Shown here: one piece after another, positions 52,409-64,000 of the stretch | Numbering within the stretch: position 1 is the first letter of the stretch | How the letters are laid out: each line of letters starts with the position of its first letter | DNA from: the human T2T-CHM13v2.0 reference genome, Homo sapiens | Direction: 5' to 3' | DNA length: 64,000 bases | Assembly (NCBI GenBank): GCA_009914755.4 | Contig: CP086569.2 | Coordinates: 11,008,001 to 11,072,000, forward strand | Program-made: the position numbers and the translations under genes | The notes under the pieces: generated by a model | What the model saw: only the letters and a program-made list of their open reading frames with translations | Database searches by the model: none | Told to the model about the DNA's origin: nothing

Positions 52409-55400
52409 TTCCATTCCATTCCATTCCATTCCATTCCATTCCATTCCATTCCATTCCATTCCATTCCTCTGCACTCCCATCCACTCTACTCAACTCCAAT
52501 CCACTCCACTCCATTCCCTTCCATTCTACTCCATTCCGTTTCATTTTCTTCCATTCCATTCCATTCCATTGCATTCCACTCCACTCCATTCCAATCCACT
52601 AGATTTCTCTCCGTTCCTCTCCATTCCATTGAACTTCACTCCATTCCACTCCACTCAATTTCATTCCACTACATTCCACTTCATTCCATTCCACTCCATT
52701 CCTCACCATTCTACTCCACTCCATTCGACTCCACTCCACTCCAGTCCATTCCCATCCATTCTATTCCATTCTGTTCCACTCCATTGCATTCTCTTCAGTT
52801 CCATTCCATTCCCCTCAACTCCATTCCATTCCACTCCATTCTACTCCTCTGCACTCCACTCCACTCTACTCCATTCTATTCCATTCCATTTCATTCCATT
52901 CAATTCCAATCCATTCCACTCCATTCCATTCCACTCCTATCCATTCCACTCCACTCTATTTCAATCCACTGTGATACACTACCCTCAAATCCACAGCATT
53001 CCTTTCCGTTCCATTCCATTCCACTCCATTCCACTCCATTTCATTTCCACTTCATTCGACTCTGCTGCATTTCACTCCACTCCGTTTCACTCCATTACAA
53101 CCCATTCTACTCCATTCGAGTCCACTCCACTCTATTCCACTCCATTCCATTAAAATCCACTCCATTCCATTCCACTTAATTCCATTCGTTTCCATTCCGT
53201 TCCATTCCATTCCATTCCTCTGCATTCCCATCCGCTATATTCAACACCACTCCACTCCACTTCACCCCAATCCCCTCCATTCCATTCCATTTCATTTCCT
53301 TCCATTCCACTCCATTCCACTCCATTCCATTCCACTCCTATCCGTTCCACTCCACTCCATTTCACTCCATTGTTATACACTACTCTCAACTCCCCAGAAT
53401 TCCATTCCATTCTATTCCATTCCTTTCCTTTCCATTCCACTCCATTTCACTCCATTTCATTCCACTAAATTGCAATCCATTCCATTCCACTCCACTCCGT
53501 GTCATTCCGTTGCATTCCATTCTACTCCATTCGACTCTACTCCACTCTACTCCATTCCATTAAACTCCACTCCATTCCATTGCACTCCATTCCATTCCAG
53601 TCCACTCCAATCCACTCCATTCCATTCCACTCATTCCAATGCACTCCACTCCATTCCACTCCACTCCACTCCTCCACTCCACTCCAGTTCATTTAAATCC
53701 TCTCCACTCCACTCCACTCCTTTCCATTCCATTCTCTTCCATTCCATTACATTCAATTCCATACCATACCATTCCATTCCACTGCATTCTAAAATACTCC
53801 ACTTGTCTCCACAACACTCCACGCCACTCCACTCCATTCCATTCCGTGCCATTCCATTTCATACCTTTCCATTCCATTTTGATCCGTTCCAATCCATTCG
53901 ATTCCACTCCACTATATTCTAATCCACTCCTTTTAACTCCATTCCATTCCATTCCAGTCCATTCCTCTCCAATCCATTCCACTCCACTCCATTCCACTCC
54001 TGTCCATTCCCATCCATTCCATTCTGTTGCATTGTGTTCAATTCCATTCCATTCCTCTCCACTCCATTCCATTCCACTACATTCCACTCCTTTGCACTCC
54101 ACTCTACTCCACTCTACTCCATTCCATTCCATTCCATTCCATTCCATTCCAGTCCATTCCACTCCATTCCATTCCACTCCTATCCGTTCCACTCCACTCC
54201 ATTTCAATCCACTGTTATAAGCTACCCTCAAATCCACAGCATTCCATTCTATCCATTGCATTCCACTCCGTTGCACTCCATTTCATTTCTACTACATTCC
54301 ACTCCACTGCATTGCACTCCACTCCGTTTCACTCCATTGCACTCCATTCTACTCCATTCGACTCCACTCCACTCTACTCCTCTCCATTCCATTGAACTCC
54401 TCTCCATTCCATTCCACTCAATTTCATTCCATTCCAGTCCATTCCTCTACACTCCCATCCACTCTATTCAACTCCACTCCACTCCACCGCAATCCAATCC
54501 ATTCCATTCCATTTCATTAAATTCCATTCCACTCCATTCCACTCCATTCCATTCCATTCCACTCCACTCCATTTCACTCCACTGTGATACACTACCCTCA
54601 ACTCCACAGCATTGCTTTCCATTCCATTCCTTTCCTTTCCATTCCACTCCATTCCACTCCACTCCATTCCCATCCACTCCATTCCACTCCAGTCCATTCC
54701 AATCCGTTCCATTCCATTGTATTCCATTCCATTCCGTTCGATTCCATTCCATTATATTCCACTCCATTCCATTCCACTCCACTCCACTCCAATCCATTCC
54801 ATTCCATTCCACTCCTTTCCATTCCTCGCAACTCCATTCAACTCCACTCCATTTCACTCCACTCTGATCCACTCCCATCAACTCCACCACATTGCCTTTC
54901 AGTCCATTACATTCCACTCCATTCCACTCCATTTCATTCCTTTTTATTCTACTACACTCCATTCCACTCCAGTCCATTTCACTCCATTGCACTCCATTCT
55001 ACTCAATTCCACAGCACTCCACTGCATTCCAATCCATTCCATTTAATTCCACTCCTTTCCATTCCCCTCAGTTCCATTTCTTTCCATTTCCTTCCACTCC
55101 ATTCCACTCCACTCCACTTCACTCCATTCCATTCAATTCCCCTCCATTTCACCCCGTTCCACTCCATAACACTCCACTCTACTCCAACTTATTGCATTCT
55201 ATTCAATTCCTCTCCACTTCACTCTGATCTGCTCCTCTTGACTCCACAACACTCCAAGCCACTCCACTCCATACCATTCCCTGCCGTTGCATTCTGTTCT
55301 GTTCCATTCCACTCCATTCAATTCCAGTCCACTTTTTTATCACTCCACGCCATTTCACTCCATTCCCCTCGATTCCACTCCTCTCTAATCCACTCCAGTC

Positions 55401-55448
55401 CACTATACTCCACTCTATTTTATTCCTTTCAGCTGCATTTCATTCCAT

Positions 55449-55528
55449 TCCTTTATTTCGAATGAATCTTACTCTGTCATCCAGACTGGAGTGCAGTGGC
55501 ACAATCTTAGCTCACGTTTCATTTCACC
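55449..55528 (-). mobile_element. Alu-derived fragment module, copy 69
   Basis: TTTCGAATGAATCTTACTCTGTCATCCAGACTGGAGTGCAGTGGCACAATCTTAGCTCAC. Confidence 0.8.
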
Positions 55529-56683
55529 TTTCCATTCCATTCCATTCCTTTCCATTCCATTCCATTCCATTCCCTTCCATTCCATTCCATTCCATTCCAT
55601 TCCATTCCATTCCCTTCCATTCCATTCCATTCCATTCCATTATATTCCATTCCTTTCCACTCCATTCCATTCAATTCCTTTCCATTCCATTCCTTTACTT
55701 TCCATTGCACTGCACTCCGATCCAATCCACTTCACTCCACACCACTCCACGCCAATCCACTTCCTTCTGTTCCGTGCCATTTCGTTCCATAACCTTCCGT
55801 TCCGTTCCGTTCCATTTCACGCCATTCCATTCCACTCCATTCCATTCTACTCCACTGCCTTAAACTCCATTACAATCCATTCCACTCCACTCCTTTCGAC
55901 ACCACTCCACTTCAGTCCGTTCAGATCCGTTCCACTCCATTCTGTTCCATTCCAGTCCATTCCATTCCATTCCACTCCATTCCACTCCTTTCCACTCCAC
56001 TTCACTTCACTCAATTCCATTTGATTACAACCCATTCTATTCCATTTTACTCCATTCCACTCCATTCGATTCCTCTCTTCTCCATTCCACTCAACTCCAT
56101 TTCATTCCAATTTTATCCACTCCCTTCAAATACACAGTATTCCCTTCCCTTCCATTCCATTTCATTCCACTCCATTCCACTCGATTTCACTTCATTACCT
56201 TCCACCCCACTCCTTTCCACACCACTCCATTTTTCTCCATTGCACTCCTTTCTTCTCCATTCCACTGCACTCCAATCCACTCCACTCCATTCAGTTAAAT
56301 TCCATTCCACTCCACTCCACTTCATTTCATTCCACTACATTCCACGCTACTACACTCAATTCCATTTGATTCCACTCCACTGGACTCCACTCATCTCCTT
56401 TCCATTCCATTCCATTCCATTCCATTCCGTTCCATTCTATTACATTCCATTCCACTGCACTCCGATGCACTCCACTTGACTCCACACCACTCCACCCCAC
56501 TCCACTGCAGTGCGTTCCACGCATTTCTGTTCCATTCCTTTCCATTCCACTCCATTTCATTCCACTCCACTCCATTCCACTCCACTCCATTTCACTCGTT
56601 TCCCGTCGATTCCACTACTGTCTACTCCACTCCGCTGCAAACCACTCCACTCCATTCCATTCAGTTCCATTCTATTCCATTTC

Positions 56684-56760
56684 TTAATTTCGACTGAATC
56701 TGACTCTGTCACCCAGACTGGAGTGCAGTGGCACAATCTTAGCTCACATTCCATTTCACC
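56684..56760 (-). mobile_element. Alu-derived fragment module, copy 70
   Basis: TTTCGACTGAATCTGACTCTGTCACCCAGACTGGAGTGCAGTGGCACAATCTTAGCTCAC. Confidence 0.85.
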
Positions 56761-59272
56761 TTTCCATTCCATTTCATTCCACTCCTCTCCATTCCATTCC
56801 TTTTCATTCCATTCCACTCCATTCCACTGCACTCCGATCCACTCCACTCAACTCCCCTCCACTTCACTCCACTCAAATCCATTCCATTCCACTCTACTCC
56901 ATTCTAATCCACTAGATTTCTCACCATTTCACTCTATTCCACTCCACTCCACTGCACTTCACTCCACTCCACTCCATTCCATTCCACTCCATTCCACTCC
57001 ATTCCATTCCACTCCATTCCTATCCATTCCACTTCACTCCACTCCATTCCAGCCCGTTCTGGTACTTTCCATTCCATTGTGTTCCATTCCATTGCATTCC
57101 CTTTGATTACATTCCTTTAAACTCCACTCTATTTCTTTACACGCCATTTCACTCCACTCCACTCACCTCCACTCCATTTAATTCCATTCAATTCCATTCC
57201 ATACCATACTTTCCATTCCATTCCATATCTTTCCATTCCATTCCGCTCCATTCCACTCCATTCCATCCTACTCCAATCCATTCCAATCCACTCTACTTCA
57301 CTCCACTCTGAAAAATTCCCCTCAACGCCACAGGATTCCAATCCATTCCATTCCATTCCACTCCACTCCATTCCGTTTCACTCCATTGCTCTCCATTCTA
57401 CTCCATTCCACTCCACTCCACTCCTCTCCATTCCATTAAACTCCATTCCATTCCTTTCCCCTCCTTTCCTTTCCATTCCATTCCATTCCACTCCACTCAA
57501 CTCCAGTCTTTTCCACTCCATTTCACTCCACTCCACTCCACTAGTTTCCATTCCATTCCATTCCATTATACATTACTCCAATCCACTCCACTTGACTCCA
57601 CACCACTCCTCACCGTTCCACTCCATTCGCATCCGTGCCATTCCATTCCATACCTTTACGTTCCATTCTGTTCAATTCCACTCCATTCCATTCTCCTTCC
57701 CTCCATTCTACTCCATTCCCTTTAACTCCATTCCACTCCATTCCATTCCACTCCGTTCCCCTCCACTCCACTCCACTCCAGTCCATTTTGATCTGTTTCA
57801 TTCCATTCTGTTCCATTCCATTCCATTCTGTTTATTTCCTTTCCATTCCATTCCACTCCATTCCACTCCACTCTTCTCCATTCCACTCCATTCTACTGCA
57901 CTCCACTCCAATCTGCTCCACTCCACTCCTTTCCATTCCATTCCATTTCATTGCATTCCATTCCATTCCATTCCATTCCGTTCCATTCCATTCCATTCCA
58001 TTCCACAGCACTCCTATCCCCTCCACTTGACTCCACACCAGTCCATGCCACTCCACTGTATTTCATTCCATGACATTCGGTTCCATATCGTTCTGTTCCA
58101 TTCCGTTCCAATCCACTCCATTCCATTGCACTCCAATCCATTCTCCTCCACTTCATTTAATTCCATTCCACTCCATTCCACCTCATTAGACTCCACGCCA
58201 CTCCACTATATTCCATTCCATTCCGTTCCACTCCATTCAATTCCATTCCATTTCACGGCACTCCACTCCATTTCACTCTACTGCAATCCACTCCACTTCA
58301 TTCCACTCTTCTCCACTCCAGCCCCCTCCATTCTATTCTTCTCCACTCCATTCCATTCCTTTCCAATTCACTCAATTCATCTCCATTCCACTAAATGCCA
58401 TTCCTGTGCATTACATTCCACTCCAATCCACCTCACTCCACTACATTTCACTCCATTCTCCTCCATTACAATCCTCGACATTCCATTCCAGTCAACTCCC
58501 CTCCTTTCCATTCAGCTCCAGTCCACATCATTGCTTTCCTTTCCATTTCATTCCATTCCGTTCCATTCCATTCCATTCCATTTCACTCGATGCCATTCCA
58601 TTCCACTCTGCTCCATTGCATTAAACTAAACTCCACTTCACTCCACTCCACTCCACTCAATTCCATTGCATTCCATTCACTTCCACTCCACTCCAGTCCA
58701 TTTCATTCCACTGCATTCCATTCCATTGTATTGTATTCCTTTCCATTCCAATCAAATCCACTCCTCTCCACTCTGTTTTGTTCCATTCCATTCCGTTCCA
58801 TCCCATTCCATTCCTTTCCACTCCACTCTATTCTATTCCACTCCATTCCACTCCATTTCACTCCATTCCACTCCACTCCATTCCGTTTCATTGCTTTCCA
58901 TCCAACTGCACTCTGATCCTCTCCACTCAACTCCACTCCAGTCCACTCCACTACACTCCATGCCATTCCATTGCACTCCTTTCCCCTCTATTCGAGTACA
59001 CTCCACTCCTCTCCATTCCATCCACTCCATTCCACTCCATTACACTCCACTCCATTCCACTCCACTGCTCTCCATTCCCATCCATTCTTTTCCATTCCAC
59101 TGTATTCCATTCCATTCCATTCCATTCCATTCTACTCCATTACAATCTATTCCACTCCACTCCATTCCACTCCAATCCATTCGACTCCCACCCAATCCAT
59201 TCCACTCCATTGCACTCCATTCCATTCCTCTCAACTTCATTCCATTCCATTCTACCCTATTCCCTTCCATTC

Positions 59273-59352
59273 CTTTATTTTAACTGGATATCGCTGGGTC
59301 TCCTAGACTGGAGTGCAGTGGCACAATTTTAGCTCACATTTGCTTTTACCAT
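59273..59352 (-). mobile_element. Alu-derived fragment module, copy 71
   Basis: TGGATATCGCTGGGTCTCCTAGACTGGAGTGCAGTGGCACAATTTTAGCTCAC. Confidence 0.75.
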
Positions 59353-59520
59353 TCCATTGCACTCTGATCCAATACAGTCTACTCCACTCCACTCCACTTT
59401 TTTACATTCTGTTCAGTTCCATTTCATTTTGTTCCATTCCATTACACTCCATTCCATTCTGCTACACTCTTTTCAACTCCACTCCGTTTCACACCATTTC
59501 CCTCCATCCCACTCCACTCT

Positions 59521-59605
59521 ACTACACTACACTACACTACACAACACTACACTACACTACACTACACTACACTACACTACACTACACTACACTACACTAC
59601 ACTAC
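59521..59605. repeat. (ACTAC)n ~17-unit pentamer-variant microsatellite run
   Basis: actacactacactacactacacaacactacactac...actacattcc was read directly; it translates as TTLHYTTLHY... Confidence 0.85.
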
Positions 59606-59633
59606 ATTCCATTCTGCTCCATTTTGTTCCATT

Positions 59634-59712
59634 CCTTTATTTCGACTGAATCTCACTCTGTCACCCAGACTGGAGTGCAGTGGCCCAATCTTATCTCACA
59701 TTTCTTTTTATC
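59634..59712 (-). mobile_element. Alu-derived fragment module, copy 72
   Basis: TTTCGACTGAATCTCACTCTGTCACCCAGACTGGAGTGCAGTGGCCCAATCTTATCTCAC. Confidence 0.85.
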
Positions 59713-60110
59713 TTTACATTTCATTCCATTCCATTCCATTCCATTCCATTCCATTCCATTCCACTCCTTTCCATTCCCCTGCACTCTGATCCACTACACT
59801 GAAATCCACTACACTGCTCACCACTACACTCCTTTCCATTCTGTTCCATTCCCATCCGTTCCGTTACATTCCACATTACTGAATTCCATTCCACTCCACT
59901 GCTCTCCTATCCAATTAACTCCATTCCACTCCATTCCACCCCACTCCACTCCATTCCACGCATGACATTCTATTCCACTCTATTCCATTCCATTCAACTC
60001 AATTGCACTCCTTTCCACTCCACTCCTTTCCACTCCACTCCGATCCATTTACCTCCATTCAATTCCACTCCACTTTATTCCTTTCCATTCTACTCCATTC
60101 CATTCTATTA

Positions 60111-60190
60111 CTTTATTTCGGTTGGATCTCACTCTGTCACCCGGACACAATTGCATTGGCATAATTATAGTTCAAATTTCGTTTCATCAT
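60111..60190 (-). mobile_element. Alu-derived fragment module, copy 73 (diverged)
   Basis: TTTCGGTTGGATCTCACTCTGTCACCCGGACACAATTGCATTGGCATAATTATAGTTCAA. Confidence 0.6.
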
Positions 60191-60997
60191 TTCTTTGCAT
60201 TCCATTCCATTCCATTCCAATCCACTCCACTCCATTCCTTTCCTTTCCCCTGTACTCTGATCCACTCCTCTAAACTCCAGTCCACTCCACTCTGTTCCTT
60301 TGTGTTCCATTTCATTCCATTCCATTAAATTCTTTCTGTTCTGTTCCATTCCACTCCACTCAATTCCATTCCACTCCACTCAATTCCATTCCACTCCATT
60401 CTTCTTCATTCCACTACACTCCACTCTACTCCATTCTACTCCACTCTACTGCACTAAAGTCCATTCCATTCCATTCCATTCCATTCCATTCCATTCCATT
60501 CCATTCCATTCCATTCCATTGCTATCCGGTCCATTCCACTAAACTCCACTCCACTCTACTCCATTCCTATTTGTTCTGTTCCTTTCCATTCCATTCCACT
60601 CCACTCCATTCCACTATGCTGCATTTCACTCCATTCCATTCCATTCCACTCCTCTCCACTCAACTCCACTAAACTTCACTTCTTTCCACTCCAGTGCATT
60701 CCACTCCACTCCACACCATTCCACACCATTCCATTCCATTCCAATCCATTCTATTCCATTCAATTCCTCTCCATTCCACTCCATTTAACTCCACTATATT
60801 CTTCTCCACTCCGCTCCATTCCACTGCATTCCATTCAATTCCAGACATCTCCATTCCATTCTATTCCTCTCCAGTCCACTCCGTTCCACTCCTGTCAAAT
60901 CCACTCCACTCCATTGCACTCCAATCCACTCCATTCCACTCCATTCCATTTCACTCCACTCCATTCCATTCCATTCTACTCCATTCTATTCCATTCC

Positions 60998-61078
60998 TTT
61001 ATTTTGAATGGTTCTCACTCTGTCACTGCAGACTGGAATGCAGTTGCACAATCTTAGCTCAGATTTCATTTTAGCATT
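60998..61078 (-). mobile_element. Alu-derived fragment module, copy 74
   Basis: GGTTCTCACTCTGTCACTGCAGACTGGAATGCAGTTGCACAATCTTAGCTCAG. Confidence 0.8.
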
Positions 61079-62051
61079 CCACTGCATTCCATTCCATTCC
61101 ATTCCTTTCTATTGTTTTGCATTCCATTCAATTCCATTCCCCTCAGCTCAACTGCGCTGCTCTCCATACCACTCCTTTCCATTAAATTCCATACCACTCC
61201 ACTCCTTTGCACTCCACTCCATTCCAATCAACTCCACTCCATTCAACTCCAATCCACTCAAATCCACTCCATTCCACGCCACTGCACTTCATTCTATTAT
61301 GTTCCATTCCTTTCCGTTCCTTTCCTTTCCATTCCTTTCCTTTCCATTCCATTCCACTCTATTCCATTCCATTCCACTCCACTCCAATCCACACCACAAT
61401 ACTGCATTCCATTCCATTTCATTCCATTCCACCTCACTCCAATCCCCTCCACTCAACTCCAGTCCACTATACTCTGTTCCATTCCATTCTGTTCCATTCC
61501 GTTCCATGCCATTCCTCTCCATTCCTTTCCACTCCATTCCACTCCAATCTATTTCACAAAATTCCACTCCATTCCACTCTGCTCCACTCAACTCCACTCC
61601 TTTTCATTCCATTCCATTCCATTCCATTCCCCTCTATTCCATTCCATTCCACTCCAAGCTACTACATTTCATTCCAGTCCACTCCACTCCATTCCACCCC
61701 ACTGAACTCCTTTCCATTCCATTCCATTCCATTCCATTCCATTCCATTCCATTCCATTCCGTTCCACTACACTCCAATCCACTGCAGTCAATTGTGTTCC
61801 ACTCCATTCCATTCAATTTTTTTCCACTCCCATCCACTCCATTCAACTCCACTCCATTACACTCCACTCCACTCCACTCCATTCCATTCCACTCCATTCC
61901 GTTCCACTCCTTTCCTGTCCACTCCATTCCACTCCATTCCACTGCACTCCATTCCACTTCACTCGTCTCCTTTCCACTCCAATCGATTCCGCTCCATTGC
62001 ATTCCACTCAACTCCATTCCATTCCATTGTATTCCATTCGTTCCATTCTTC

Positions 62052-62128
62052 CATTTTGAGAGGATCTCACTCTGTCTTCCAGACTGGATTGCAGTGGCTA
62101 AATCTTAGCTCACATTTCATTTCACCAT
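62052..62128 (-). mobile_element. Alu-derived fragment module, copy 75
   Basis: GAGAGGATCTCACTCTGTCTTCCAGACTGGATTGCAGTGGCTAAATCTTAGCTCAC. Confidence 0.8.
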
Positions 62129-62723
62129 TCCATTCCATTCCATTTCATTCCATTCGACTCCACTTCACTTCACTCCACTCCAATCCACTGCACTCCATTC
62201 CACTCTAATCCATTCCATTCCATCCCATTATATTTCACTCCTCTGCGATCCACTCCACTCAACTCCATTCCAGGCCACTTCACTCCTTTCAGTTCCTTGC
62301 CATTCCTTTCCATTCCATTCCACTTCACACCACTCCACTCAACTGCACTCCACTACACTCCATTTCGTTCCATTACACTGACCTCTGACCTAATTGAGTC
62401 AACTCCACTCCAGTCCTCTCCAATCCATTCCATTGCATTCCATTCCATTCCCTTCCTTTCCGTTCCATTCCTCTCCATTCCATTCCACTGCATTCCTTTA
62501 CACTGCACTCCAATTCACTCCATTCAACTCCATTCCACTCCACTCCACTCAATTCCACTCCAATCCGTTCAATTAGACTCCATTCCATTCAACTCCTTTC
62601 CATTCCATTCTACTCCACTCCATTCCACTCCACTCCATTCCACTCCACTGAACTCCATTCTTCTCCATTCCATTCCACTCCACTCCATTCCATTCCACTC
62701 TATTCCATTCGTTTAAATTCCGT

Positions 62724-62797
62724 TATTTCTACTTGATACAACTGTGCTACACAGACTGGAGTGTGGTGGCACAATCTCAGCATAGATTTCATTACAC
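62724..62797 (-). mobile_element. Alu-derived fragment module, copy 76 (5' part diverged), 10 bp upstream of the L1 insertion
   Basis: CAACTGTGCTACACAGACTGGAGTGTGGTGGCACAATCTCAGCATAG. Confidence 0.6.
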
Positions 62798-62807
62798 CAT
62801 TCCATTC

Positions 62808-62820
62808 TTTTTTTTTTTTT
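62808..62820 (-). other. L1 poly(A) tail (T13 on plus strand) marking the 3' insertion junction
   Basis: ccattc|ttttttttttttt|attatactct; satellite pentamers lie immediately upstream and the L1 3'UTR terminus immediately downstream. Confidence 0.9.
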
Positions 62821-63025
62821 ATTATACTCTAAGTTTTAGGGTACATGTGCACATTGTGCAGGTTAGTTACATATGTATACATGTGCCATGCTGGTGCGCT
62901 GCACCCACTAATGTGTCATCTAGCATTAGGTATATCTCCCAATGCTATCCCTCCCCCCTCCCCCGACCCCACCACAGTCCCCAGAGTGTGATATTCCCCT
63001 TCCTGTGTCCATGTGATCTCATTGT
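62821..63025 (-). other. L1 3' UTR (~205 nt)
   Basis: It lies between the ORF2 TGA stop (reverse complement of tca at 63026-63028) and the poly(A) tract. Its length and sequence match the L1 3'UTR, including the G-rich GGGGAGGGGGGAGGG tract. Confidence 0.9.

Positions 63026-64000
<975 letters not shown>

Larger units (their letters stand above)
46874..55448. repeat. Satellite sub-domain with ~400-bp sub-repeat periodicity nested in a ~5.5-kb higher-order repeat; sparse in Alu fragments
   Basis: The anchor motif CACTGTGATACACTACCCTCAA(A/C)TCCACAGCATTCC and a B variant (GTTATACACTAC..CCCAGAATTCC) recur at about 47492, 47910, 48287, 48710, 49107, 49981, 50361, 52969, 53370, 54211 and 54583. Segment 46874-47450 is highly similar to 52408-52960 at an offset of about 5.53 kb. 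The motif CCACTAGATTTCTC recurs at 47090, 52600 and 56911. Confidence 0.7.
1..62807. repeat. Pentameric (CATTC)n/(GGAAT)n satellite array, human satellite III-like (HSat3); single orientation throughout
   Basis: Direct reading shows nearly every 5-mer is CATTC or a 1-nt variant (CACTC, CATTG, CAATC, CGTTC) on the plus strand. There is no unique sequence, and 6-frame ORFs have 15-nt (5-aa) periodicity. It is interrupted only by short Alu-derived modules. Confidence 0.9.

Noticed and set aside
34-62797. Interpreting the 76 Alu pieces as independent Alu insertions
   Set aside because: All copies share the same orientation, the same truncation boundaries and the same fixed substitutions. None has its own poly(A) tail or target-site duplication, so amplification of one ancestral module is far more parsimonious.
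1-62800. Hundreds of ORFs in the six-frame track, up to 579 aa (e.g. 22163..23902 +, 49570..51186 +, 2301..3611 +, 20075..20572 -)
   Set aside because: They are translations of the pentamer satellite. ATTCC read in any plus frame gives IPFHS/FHSIP-type low-complexity strings, and GGAAT in minus frames gives MEWNG strings. Their 15-nt periodicity means stop codons are simply absent. They overlap one another in multiple frames and on both strands and have no start context, so they are not genes.
1-62807. CRISPR array or other prokaryotic repeat-spacer system / novel defence system
   Set aside because: The repeats are contiguous 5-bp units with no unique spacers. The interspersed sequences are Alu and L1, which are primate retroelements. 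This is human heterochromatin, not a prokaryotic accessory region, and I found no coding system.
1-62807. Alpha satellite (171-bp) or HSat2 assignment
   Set aside because: There is no 171-bp periodicity and no CENP-B-box-like alphoid monomers. The array is relatively pure CATTC with only sporadic CATTCGATTC-type units. That fits HSat3 better than the more degenerate HSat2 (ATTCCATTCG)n, though subfamily and chromosome cannot be assigned without database comparison.

Overview
This window is human-type pericentromeric satellite DNA, not a gene-bearing or prokaryotic locus. I found no novel protein-coding system. What is worth noting is the layered repeat architecture and a young L1 insertion.

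- **Satellite array (1-62807):** Bases 1-62807 are one uninterrupted, single-orientation array of the pentamer CATTC, which is (GGAAT)n on the minus strand. It looks like satellite III (HSat3), with diverged variants such as CACTC, CATTG, CGTTC and CAATC.
- **ORF track:** Every ORF of about 60-580 aa in the track, except the last one, comes from translating a stop-codon-free pentamer repeat. The plus frames read FHSIP... and the minus frames read MEWNG..., each with a 5-aa period.
- **Alu-derived module:** 76 same-orientation copies of a roughly 75-bp fragment (antisense 3' end of the Alu right arm) sit at irregular 275-3000 bp intervals. They share conserved junctions and fixed CpG-decay substitutions, so one ancestral Alu-containing unit was probably co-amplified with the satellite.
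- **Local structure:** There is a near-perfect 204-bp tandem duplication at about 26.65-27.05 kb and a roughly 445-bp tandem repeat at 29.4-30.3 kb. Local duplications of about 863 bp also recur. A block with sparse Alu fragments at 46.9-55.4 kb has roughly 400-bp sub-periodicity nested in a roughly 5.5-kb higher-order repeat.
- **L1 insertion (62808-64000):** A young L1 3' end lies on the minus strand. It has a 13-nt poly(A) tail, a 205-nt 3'UTR and an intact C-terminal third of ORF2. It is inserted into the satellite and runs off the window end.

I infer the chromosome of origin cannot be determined from the sequence alone.
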